Source: Spirogloea muscicola (Eukaryota). From it: a stretch of DNA of 20,000 nucleotides. The notes under the pieces are model-generated. The model was given only the letters and a program-made list of their open reading frames with translations. It was not told the origin of the DNA and did no database searches. The translations under genes and the position numbers were made by a program. Shown here piece by piece: positions 10,512 to 20,000 of the stretch (positions are counted from its first letter, which is position 1; each line of letters opens with the position of its first letter). The DNA is taken from the NCBI GenBank assembly GCA_009602725.1, contig WELB01000023.1:171340-191339 (forward strand), read 5' to 3'.

Positions 10512-12519
10512 ATGGCGCAGCTGGTCGCGGGAATCGCAGGAGCTGCGGGAGCCGCAGCTGGGGGCGCGGTCGGGGTCGAGCGGCAGCGGGAGGCGGACGA
10601 TATGGCGAAGGTGCAGCCTACGCAGGAGAGCACCCCTACTCCCCAGCCTGAGCCGGAGCACAGGCCGCTGAGTGCACGCGGCATTACACTTGTGACCGCC
10701 GTCAAAGGCGCCCCGGTGACGTACATCCGCAACGTGGACCGAGTCACTGACCTCGACCAATACATCGAGAAGCCTCGTGAGTGACGTCTCATATGCTCCT
10801 TTCTCCAGTAAGCTGCTGCTGCTGGGTGTGTGCAAGTGTTTATGACATGTTTCGTAACGCCCGCATGGTTCGACTGGTGAGTGAGGCTGTGGTCGAGAAT
10901 GTTCACATAACCTTCTCTCACCAGGCATACCACTGCATCCACGTCAAGGTCTTCTTGGTGGATGGTTGAGGTCGATTTCCTTATCGAACCTTGCCAGGTT
11001 TCTGGGTCCCAGGTAAAATAGTGGATTCTAGTAGCTAGTAGCTGGAGGTATACAGTAATGACAGAGGAGGTTTTTCTTGCCACACTGCTGTAGATGTACC
11101 AAGAGCCAACTTGGCCATCAGTCGTGAACATCCTGACGGCGAGCCGCACCAAGGGCTCGGAGAGCACCTCACTGTCATGCAGCAGCACGTTGCTTGGTTC
11201 GACTTTAACAAAGACGGCATCTTACAGCCCTGGGAGACCTGCAAGGGTCAGTTTGACGCTTTGCATCAGGCAGTGAGCTCCTCTTCATCTTCATGAGATG
11301 CAGTCGAAGACAGTCTGGGTCCAGACACACCCTTAGGCAGCTTACAGGGTCAGGGAGCTGATTGCCTGGCTTCTGTGATCATCATGTATCATACAATGCC
11401 TTGTCAGGTCAATTGCATGGCCTGCAGGCTTCCGCCTCCTGGGATGGAACCCCATCGTCTCTTTGATGGCCACCTTCGTCATCCACGCATCCTTCAGCTT
11501 CCCGACTCACGATGTGTGAAATCTTCACTGGAAACAGGTCACAATCGCAGTGTCATCCAGGACTTTGGTGATCATAGGCCCAAAACGAAAATACTCCCGC
11601 TGTCTTGTACATTGTAAGCAAGGGCTGCCTACTTGACCGCTAGGCAAGCTCTCATGCTAGGCAAGCTTCCATGTTTGATGCCTGACAGAGCTGGTTGATA
11701 TCGCCAACACTGCCCATCTACATACGCAACATTCACAGTTGTAAGCACGGGAGTGACTCTGAGACCTATGACACCGAGGGAAGGTGAGCTAGGTATGACT
11801 CGTCCTGTCACCTAGACCTCAAAGCAGCTGTCCTGGTTCAAGGTAGAAATTTTACCGTTTAGATATGCATGGATCCTGTCAGGAATATGCCCCAGCTTTT
11901 GAGGCCACAGATGGTTTTAGATTGTGAGCATCCGCTTTCCCTCATAGTTGTATATGTAAGAAAGACAACAACTGCTGCACCATAGTACTACTCCACCAAG
12001 ACCCAGCAGGTCGATGCTTGTGATAGCAACGTAGGATGTTGCTCTTTGGTTCATACTCTTGGTTATCACTGGCATCAACTTAAGGAGTTCCCAAATCGGC
12101 TGCTCAGAGTTTTGATGCTTGTGTTGTTGTCATTGTTGGCCAGATTTGTTGTAGAGAAATTTGAGGAGATGTTTAGCAAGTATGACCGACAGAACCAGGG
12201 GGGCTTCTATTTCCGAGACATACTCAGAATGGTCCGAGGCAACTTCAATGTATACGATCCATTTGGCTGGTGAGTGGCGTAACAGGCAGGACTGTACCAT
12301 GACCCAGACAAGCATATTGACACCACCGATCATGTTTATTGGGTGCTTCTTGAGCATGTGATTGTTGTCTGCAGGTTTGCTGAGAGTTCAGAGTGGACTT
12401 TTGCGTGGTGGCTCGCAAAAGATCGAAACGGTTTCCTGTCAAAGGAGGCCATTAGAGGCATCTTCGATGGCACCTTCTTCCAGCATGCGGTGGAAACACG
12501 ATACAAAAAAGACAAATAG
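10512..12519 (+). CDS. Caleosin / peroxygenase (H-type; EF-hand, heme His residues, lipid-droplet anchor); alternative start at ATG ~10602
   Basis: Exons 10512-10776, 11094-11246, 11428-11513, 11689-11783, 12144-12269 and 12375-12519 splice in frame. Motifs: [109 protein letters not shown]. Confidence 0.95.
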
Positions 12520-13431
12520 CAGGAGTCTCCATGCCGGTGCAGCATTTCGATTTTGTGCCACGACTTAGTGCTTGCTAGTAATGCTAACAACTACAAAGAG
12601 GGCCAAACCAGGCTACCCGGGTCGATGACATACTTTGCACTGAGTCTTGCAAATGTTCTCACCTTTCAATCAAGGCATCGATGGGATTGCAACAGCGTGG
12701 CCAACTCATTACACAGCGTGCAGGAGATTGCAAGTTATACACAGACAAACCGGCTTTGGTGATGATTAATTACATTGTCCTCTCATGAGCTGCAGAGCCG
12801 ATAATAGTGCCCCATTCCTACATCATGTGCTTCTGACATGGCTGAGAACCTGCCCTTGCTTGTCCACCTTGACCCAGCTTGCTTGCTCCTTGCGACTTGA
12901 TCCACATCATGCCAGATGATTTTGATTAAATTCAACTCGACTCATCTGGGGTCTAGGCCATGGAAGCTGAAGCGCTCTGATTAATTTTCACACAGAATCC
13001 AGCAAGTCTATACACCATATATGTGCATGGGCATGCCCATTGGTGTTGGTGTCTCGCTAGGCTGACTATGCTCCACAAATGCCTGGGAGGGGAGTCAGAG
13101 TTGCGGAGGATCTACGAATCCTCGGCACTCCAAGCCTGATAAGTAAAAGCCCTAAGCTTGAATAACCATGGTGCAGTTACTAACATTGGGGCAGATTAGC
13201 TGCTGGGCTGCCAAGCCAGAACACAAATAAGTTGCGAGTCAAATTGTGCAACTTGAAGCCTGTGACCTTTGTGACAATGTGTTAGCAGACAGCTCACAGC
13301 AGTGTCACAACTCAGCAACAACCCAACAACTCTCACAAGTGCCAGATCAGATGTGCGGAGGCACCAATGACACGAACAAGTCTTGGAATGTTTGTTGTAT
13401 ATAGACGATGAAGATGCTACACACAACAGCC

Positions 13432-14794
13432 TCAAAATCGAAGCTTAGTGAAGAACCACCGGTTCTTCCCTGTCTTGAAACGCTCCTCAAACAACGCCTT
13501 GGTCTCCTGAAATGCAGCACAGTGGCAGCAACAGTACAGTCACCCAAGTATTAAGACGAGTTGACATAATTCTGTCAAGAATCCAGAGCCACGACTGCTG
13601 GCCATCCAAGTAGGACTTGATTGTCCAAGTCACAGATCCAATTGGTTCTTCAATGCATCAAATGCAGCACTGCCACTCGTTTTTGAGGCTCTACTTCTCA
13701 TTGAGGACGTGGAGGCCATGCATAATGAAGACCAATGCCCACACCTTCTTAGTCTGCTTCCGCACAGACGAATCCAGCTTCTCCATTGTGACCACGTTCT
13801 TCAAGTCCACGTCCAGCGTGTACCTGCAGTAGACGCAACAAGGGTGGTGGTTTAAGAAATGTCCTCAGATGCTCGCCTGGACTGCCAACTGCTTCCTATC
13901 TTGAACCCGTGCTCCTTTCAATCAGCCGCTCGGGTGCTTGAGCATTAAGATACACCAACCAAGAGCCAGGGCATCTGGGTGAAACAGTAGGTCTGATTGC
14001 AGGGCTAGCGTAGCTCGCCATGGAGAGGTCCAGAGGTTCGGATGGGGCACGACAGGCACCTGGTGGGCATGATGTGGTTGTAGTTCACGACCTTCACAAA
14101 GGCCTTGAGCCGCGAGCGCTTGGCAATGGTCTTCGCCGACGCGCTCTTGATGATCTGCGACACCGAGGCGAGGTTGGCACGTCAGCGTGAACGAGCAACG
14201 TGCCAGTCGTCGTGCTCGGCTACTACCACTACCACTACCACGGCTCAGTGCCCCACAGTACACCAAGCTGCTCCTGCTGGGGACTGCCGCTTTCTCCCAT
14301 CCATGAGGCAAAGCCAGCGCTACTGGCAACGAGCGAGGACTCCAGCAGCAGCACCGTCTGGGAGCTCTATCCGACAAGGCGGCAATGGCAGCCGCCCGCC
14401 GCTCCATGCTGGCCCGTGGACCCGGGGTCAGAAGGTGCTGGCGACCTTGCGGGGGTACTTGGCGATGCCGGCGACGAGGGCGTGGCCGTACTGGCGGCCG
14501 GACGCGCCGTCGTCGAAGTTCTTGACGATCACCGCCTTGCTGCCAGCGTACCGCCCCTGCGGCCGCCGCAGCCAGGAGGAGAGCGGCGGCGGGCGCCCGC
14601 CCGTGAGGCAAGCCCGGCGGCGGGACGACGACGGCGCAGGCGACGACGACGACGCTGGCGGCCTGCCGCCGCGGCCTGGCGACGGCAAGCAAGGCTCCTC
14701 GGCGTTGACGGCGCTGCGGCGGTCTGCGAGCACGGCGGTCGGTGATCACCTGGAGCAGCACCACCACCTTGTTCTGCTTCAGGAACTTCACCAT
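13432..14794 (-). CDS. RPL27: 60S ribosomal protein L27 (eL27)
   Basis: Exons 14794-14750, 14556-14446, 14154-14060, 13823-13745 and 13506-13432 give [32 protein letters not shown]...[55 protein letters not shown]...[24 protein letters not shown] (~134 aa). Confidence 0.98.
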
Positions 14795-14910
14795 GGCCGC
14801 GGCGGCGGCGGCGGCGGCGGCGGCGGCTGCGGCGACGGCGGCGGCAGTGGAAGGCCTCCCGGGACTCAAGGCGCCTCCGGCGCCGCGGGCTGAGGCGGCG
14901 CGGGGGTGTG

Positions 14911-14969
14911 GAGGGTTTCTTAAACCCCAGCCCTAGCCAAGCTTATGGGACGGGGGTTTGGCCTGGGCT
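14911..14969 (-). promoter_or_regulatory. Telo-box-like motif plus site II element upstream of RPL27
   Basis: The minus strand reads AAACCCTC at 14918-14911 (telo-box is AAACCCTA, one mismatch); TGGGCT lies at 14964-14969. This pairing is typical of plant ribosomal-protein promoters. Confidence 0.4.
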
Positions 14970-15070
14970 TCTGCGTATCCCGGTCTCCTCCTCGATGCCC
15001 AGCCGTGGATGAATCACATCCACGGTCTTGAATGCCACATTCCGCGGGGTGACAGCCCAAGAGTAAGCTC

Positions 15071-15549
15071 TTTCCCAGCCACCAGTCAATCTGGCCGCGC
15101 TTTCTTTCTTATTAGTTTCTCCGACCTGCGCCTGCTCAACGAAGTGCTCGCCCATAGAGAAGAGTGGCTGGCAAAGCCAGCCCAAAAAGAAGGACAAACT
15201 GGGGTTACTGAGTGTTCGGGACTACTTGATTCAATTAAGCGTCTTCTCTGGCCCTTTCGAACTCATGTCCATTGTCTTTCTGGGCTGGCCTCTCACAACC
15301 CATGACCCTTTTGGGAGAGCCACTTCTCTCACAGCCACTGCCCTCTTCTGAGAGCGTCTTTCCTTCTTTTCCAATAGAAGATCGACTCTCCCAGTAGGAA
15401 ATAAAGAAGGCTCGCCCATAGCACTTCCAACGTGAGGCAATGGCTGTGAGAGGCCAGCCCAGAGGATTCAAAAGTAGAGGAGCGATGGCTTTGATGGGCC
15501 AGCACAAAAAAAAAGGATGATGAAAAAAAGGCTGGCCTTTCCACAGCCA
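15071..15549. repeat. Cluster of hairpin-element copies and variants upstream of RPL27
   Basis: 15144-15189 matches 2160-2205 at 39/46. 15077-15102 and 15248-15303 match parts of 1566-1636. Further partial copies lie at 15409-15419, 15438-15461 (inverted) and 15529-15549. Confidence 0.8.
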
Positions 15550-16734
15550 CTTCTTTATATTGGAAGAAGAGCTGTTTCTAGCAGGTCCCTGTCTGAAGCC
15601 AGAGGCTGCAGCCAGGGCGCGATCAGCACGCAGATGCAACGGGTGTGCCATTGACCTGCTGCAACGAAACTGACAGGCGCATGCGATACACCTGGGCGAA
15701 GGAGCCTGCCGCGTTGGCATCGGCCTGCTCCTCTAGATGACGTTGGGACAAAGGTGAAAGAAGGCCGAAGGTCTGAAAGAACAAAGAAACAGCTCATTCA
15801 ATGTACCGCAATGGCTGTGAGAGAAGTAAGCTCCACATGGGGCAAGAGCTGTGAGACTTGCTCCCAGAAGACTACTTTCTCTGCCTGGGGCTGCTCACTA
15901 AGGGATATTGAGCACCCAGTGGCCACCTAAGTCGCTGTGTGCTTCAGCGCTTTTCTGGCCTAGGGCGCTCATTTCTTTTTGTACAGATATGGATCACGAG
16001 AGTATCGAAAAAGCAGTCCCCGGGTACCAACCTTCTGTCAAACACTGTCCCAAGAACTGGGTAGGCTTGTGAGCCCCAACAGGTGCTAAGATTAGTCGAA
16101 GTGACTCAATGGGACCCAGCTCGGCCATAGCACAATTAAGCGCGTCTATGATAGCGGACAAGCAATTAGCACACAGGACAGTGTGCAAGACCCAAGGCAC
16201 ATACCGTCCTTCAATGGAGTGCAGCACACCTGCATGTTAGCCAAAGAACCTGCACTCAATTAGGCAGCCCAAGGATTGGTCCTGTCCAGGATCTTGCAAC
16301 GATGCAAATCACCGGAGATTCACAGTAATAAGAAACCTTTCTCACAGATCAATGAAGAAACAATATGGTGCGCTGGTGCACTGTATTGAATTGTGAATGC
16401 TTGGAATCAGTAAGACAAGGAGTGAATGTCACGCCCTTTCTCTTATGCAAAAAGGTGGTAGCATTGGTGACGGCAATCTGCTGTAGTAGACCCCGTCAGA
16501 ATGGAGCATCTTCATATTGCAATCCATCATTGCCTACTCACGCTCCACAATGACTTGCAGGCTCTGTGGCAAGCATGTCAACCAATCTCCAGAAGCTGAG
16601 GGGGTCAGTAGATTGCCTCGACTTCCCATGGGACTCCATCGAGGATCAATGCATCAGTCAGTGCGTGAAGTCTCTGCAGGTGGAGCGAGCCTCCACATAG
16701 CACTGACCCCTCAGCTCTCAAACTACAAGGGGCG

Positions 16735-19620
16735 CTAGAGCTTCTTTGGGGCCGGCGGTGGGGGGTACTTGATGTGGTGTCCTGTCTTACGGGAGGGAGG
16801 GTACTTCAAGTGGTGGCCAGTGCCGGCAGCCTTTGAGGGGGTCTTGGATGACGCCGGTGGCGGCGGGTACTGTATGTGGTGGCCCTTTGGGCGAGAGGGT
16901 GGGTACTTAAGGTGGTGGCCGGTGGCTGCCAGTGACGGCGACGGTGGCGAGATTGGAGACTTGGCCTTAGCCGGAGGCGGGCTCCGCAACTTGGGCGGCG
17001 GCGGTGGATGCGCCAGCAGCCTCGGAGAGGGCGGTGGAGGCGAATGGGCTGGCGGTGGCTTCGATGGCTTCCTTGGAGGCGGCCGGGTCAGTGACGCTGG
17101 GACCTTTGGTGGAGGCGGCAGAATTGATTGGTGCGGCGGCGGCTGCCTGGGAGCAGCCGAGACAGGCGGGGATCGCAGCCCGGTTGCAATCCCGCCTGGG
17201 GGGCTGACCAGCCACGACTTGCCATCAACATAGTCGACCGTCAGGAATGGCGCCGCCTGCGCGGTTGTTAGCTGATGCGACCATGAAACCCTCTCTGACA
17301 CGTCGTAATCCACGCCCGTGCACTTGTACTCGCCCATGAAGGCCTTGACATTTGTCGTGGAGACGCCAGAAACGAAGCCCCACCCGGGCTTCTTGATGAC
17401 ATCCTTTTGAATGACGATGTTTGCAAACACCACCACTGCGTACACCCCCCAGACTCTGCCCAGCCAGCTCCTGTAGAGCCAAGCAAGCAGTTAAAGGAGA
17501 TAGCAGCAGTATCAGAGTAGACAAGCATAAATGAGCTGCAAGCAAAATACAGGTGTAAACACAGCTATTATTGGGCATGTCGACACTTTCAGGAGATTCT
17601 CAACCCGACAAGGCACTATTTCTCAGACTCGAACCAGAGCAACTGGATGTCTTACTTGTGCACAATGCCATCGGTGGTATCTGATATTATACGCCCGCCC
17701 ACAAAGGAGAAGCCGCTGCGCTCTGTGGCCGACGTCCTATGCTGAGCCGTGATGCCCCCGCCTGGAGCCGTCACAGCCATGGTGCAGTTTTCAAAGAAAG
17801 CCAGAGCTTCCCCAAAGATAAAGTCGGTGTGGCCTGCAATGTAGCAGTTCTTGTAGTACTGCCTGTTCTGCTCCACATACAGCGTGTCCTGTCATGCAGG
17901 AAGCAGTAATGCACCCAAATCTCAGAGGCCTTGCCCGCACATGCTAGATGGGCCTGTGTCCAGGCCACATTATCTCTTGCCAGGCAGGTCCTGGTGGACA
18001 GATGCTTCACTATGCAGTACTCAAGCACCACACACCTGGGAGCCAAGAATGGTGCAGTCATAAAATGCTGCTCGATCGCCTGAGACCTGCATAGCTCGCA
18101 CAGAAGTAGGTTTGTGGGTGCATGTTTTAAAGGGAAATTGCTAAAGCAGTATATCAGTCACGGCTTGCAAGTGACAAGCATTGAATGAACATTTAAGTTG
18201 GCTTAAATCAAATAACATCCAACTCTGTGGAAATCCAAAGGTAACTCAGTGTCTCAAAACGTCTCATGATGTCAGCAACTGAACTGTACCTTCAAGGCCA
18301 CAGCCTGCTCATCACTCGTATGGTGATCAGAGTGCTTGGTATTGGCGAAAGTCATCCCCTCTGCAATGAAGTCAGTGGCGTTGACCCAAAAGGTCTGGCT
18401 GTTCTCCGTGCCATAGCTCCCGTCTGGCGTGTTCTGACCAGCATAGTGGCTGCCAGTTATGATGGTCTTCCCACTGGGATCTCCTATGAGTGTCAGGAAT
18501 GGCTGGTTATACTTCACCACCGGATACTCTGTGTAAACGCCCCCCTGCAGCCACAGAGTCTGCCTATTTAGTATTCCAACCAAACCCTGAAACAATCTAG
18601 CCTCTTCTGTGTGCTCCCATCCTTGCAGTATGACACTCTAGGCCTGCTTTAACCCTGTGCCATCAAGCCAGAAAAGTGAGCTAACAAGCTCTTTGTAAGT
18701 GTTGGCTGTGTCCTAGCCCGTCTCCTGACTGTTGATCTCCGCAAACCTGACAATCCTGTATTCAACCTTCTTGACTGACAAGGCGCTAGCTCGACAATTC
18801 GTTCAATCCTTAGGCGACTTGAGCTTGACCCGGCCTTGCCACTATCTGTAACACTGTCACCTTTTTGTGCAAGTCATCACGACGCACTAAGCCCAAGCCA
18901 AGACCAAGGAAAAATCGGATGGCAATTCCTATTTTACTTTGCTGCTTCGCACTTCGCAGCAGCAAGTGGACCAGCTTCTTTGTACCAAGTGGCGAGCAGC
19001 TCCTCAAAATGCTATGGGGGGACCAAGTATTCTGTCATATTGAGAGAGGATGAAGGAAATATGCACGTTGAAAGCCGACAGCATGCTTGCAAAATAACGA
19101 GGATTCAGACAGACCTTGATGTAGATGACTGTCCGTCTGGTGGAAGACCCGGCGGGCGCTGCCGCCAGCGCGTCGTGGATGGTCTTGTAGTGCCCCGAGC
19201 CATCAAGGGCGACGATCAGGTCCGGCACGATGGAGCTTCTGGGCGCTGCGGTCTTGTAGTGCCCCGAGCCATCAAGGGCGACGATCAGGTCCGGCACGAT
19301 GGAGCTTCTGGGTGCTGCGGGAGTGTCGCCAGCAGTTTCGCAAGAAAGTGAGCCAGACTGGTAAGCGAGATGACACACTGGCTAACGATGCTGGATGACG
19401 AGAAGCACACAGATTCGTACTGATGTTTCGGGCAAGCTGCCGTCTTGAGTTTTGGCGTGTCTCAAGCTTCGGGAACGACGACGAAAGACGAGTGCTCACC
19501 AGCTGCTGAGGCCAGGCCAAGCGCGCAGAGGAGGACGGCGGCCGCCGGGAAAGGCCGAGGCTTGAGCGGTATCATCGGGCTCAGCTGGGGGTGGCCAGCT
19601 CTCGCTCGAGGCTGCACCAT
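16735..19620 (-). CDS. Pectin methylesterase (CE8, no PMEI pro-domain) with a Pro-rich extensin-like tail and terminal GHH(L/I)(K/Q)YPP repeats (PME-2); alternative start at ATG 19575
   Basis: Exons 19620-19500 (signal peptide AAAVLLCALGLASAA), 19314(or 19245)-19115, 18544-18290, 18086-18036, 17888-17656 and 17470-16735. Motifs: VALDGSGHYKTIHDA, GVYTE, QAVAL, AAFYDC, QDTLY, DFIFG, LGRVW, GEYKCTG, RVSWS. Confidence 0.93.
19181..19320. repeat. 69-bp tandem duplication spanning the acceptor and start of PME-2 exon 2
   Basis: 19181-19249 and 19250-19318 are identical except for one base (19244 c vs 19313 t). They encode AAPRSSIVPDLIVALDGSGHYKT twice. Confidence 0.97.
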
Positions 19621-19944
19621 GTGCAGAAAGAGCTTCCCAGGGGCGGTGCAAGGAGTCGAGCTGTGGCAGCTCACGCAGCTCGCCTAACGGCAGGCCCAGG
19701 CTGCCGCGCCGCTTGAGTCCCGCTTTCCTGATGGGGGCTCTGCGCCGGCGCCGGAGAAAGGCCGCCTCGAGGGGGAGCAGCGGGACGGCTGCAGTGGGGG
19801 CCGCTGCTGCGGCGGCTGGGCCGCCTTGTGGAGCTTGGGGGCCCTTTCGGACCTTGCTCGTTCTTTCTGGGCTGCCTTCTAACGGCCCCGCCCCCTTTGG
19901 AAGGGCCACTTTCTTCGTTCGGAAAAGAGCTAGCTCCCTTCGTC

Positions 19945-20000
19945 GGGGGGGGGGGGGGGGGCGCCGCCGGGGGGGGGGGGGGCGGGGGGGAGGGAGGGGG
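19945..20000. repeat. G-rich low-complexity / poly-G tracts upstream of PME-2
   Basis: Several G runs of 8-17 nt at the window end; similar tracts at 2364-2385, 9746-9758 and a poly-C at 5305-5320. Confidence 0.9.

Noticed and set aside
5363..11667. Short 11-12 bp direct repeats (CCAGAGCTAGT at 5363-5390; GCTAGGCAAGCT at 11639-11667)
   Set aside because: Ordinary slippage-type micro-duplications in non-coding DNA.
2548..12519. ATG18 near caleosin as a possible lipophagy gene cluster
   Set aside because: They are separated by an unrelated PME, and proximity in a compact eukaryotic genome is not evidence of a functional cluster.
13922..14936. Long ORFs overlapping RPL27 on both strands
   Set aside because: Read-through of GC-rich introns and the GCC-repeat 5' UTR; the spliced eL27 model explains the region.
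15518..15596. ATGATGA ... CTGA pair resembling C/D-box snoRNA boxes
   Set aside because: No convincing terminal stem or recognisable rRNA-antisense guide, and it overlaps a copy of the dispersed repeat.
15826..15986. Intron-like segment (GTAAG ... TTTCTTTTTGTACAG) on the plus strand, divergent from RPL27
   Set aside because: The flanking frames give no recognisable protein. It could belong to a non-coding transcript but cannot be supported without RNA-seq.

Overview
Eukaryotic, GC-rich, intron-dense genomic DNA. Plant-type pectin methylesterases, an H-type caleosin, plant-like RPL27 and short GT-AG introns suggest a streptophyte, probably an alga such as a zygnematophyte (inference). Six spliced genes were reconstructed by hand: the 3' part of an aldo/keto reductase (+), an ATG18a-like PROPPIN (+), PME-1 with a Pro-rich extensin-like tail (-), a caleosin/peroxygenase (+), ribosomal protein eL27 (-), and PME-2 with a Pro-rich tail ending in four GHH(L/I)(K/Q)YPP repeats (-). 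There are two assembly gaps (2386-2547, 6293-6574). The most interesting signals are: (1) a ~46-bp hairpin-containing non-coding element family in clusters just upstream of unrelated genes; (2) the two PME-extensin-like fusions and the His/Tyr repeat; (3) a 69-bp tandem duplication in PME-2 that copies the splice acceptor; (4) MSA-like YCYAACGG motifs near the caleosin/PME-1 and PME-2 starts. All exon boundaries and counts are manual readings, not computed.
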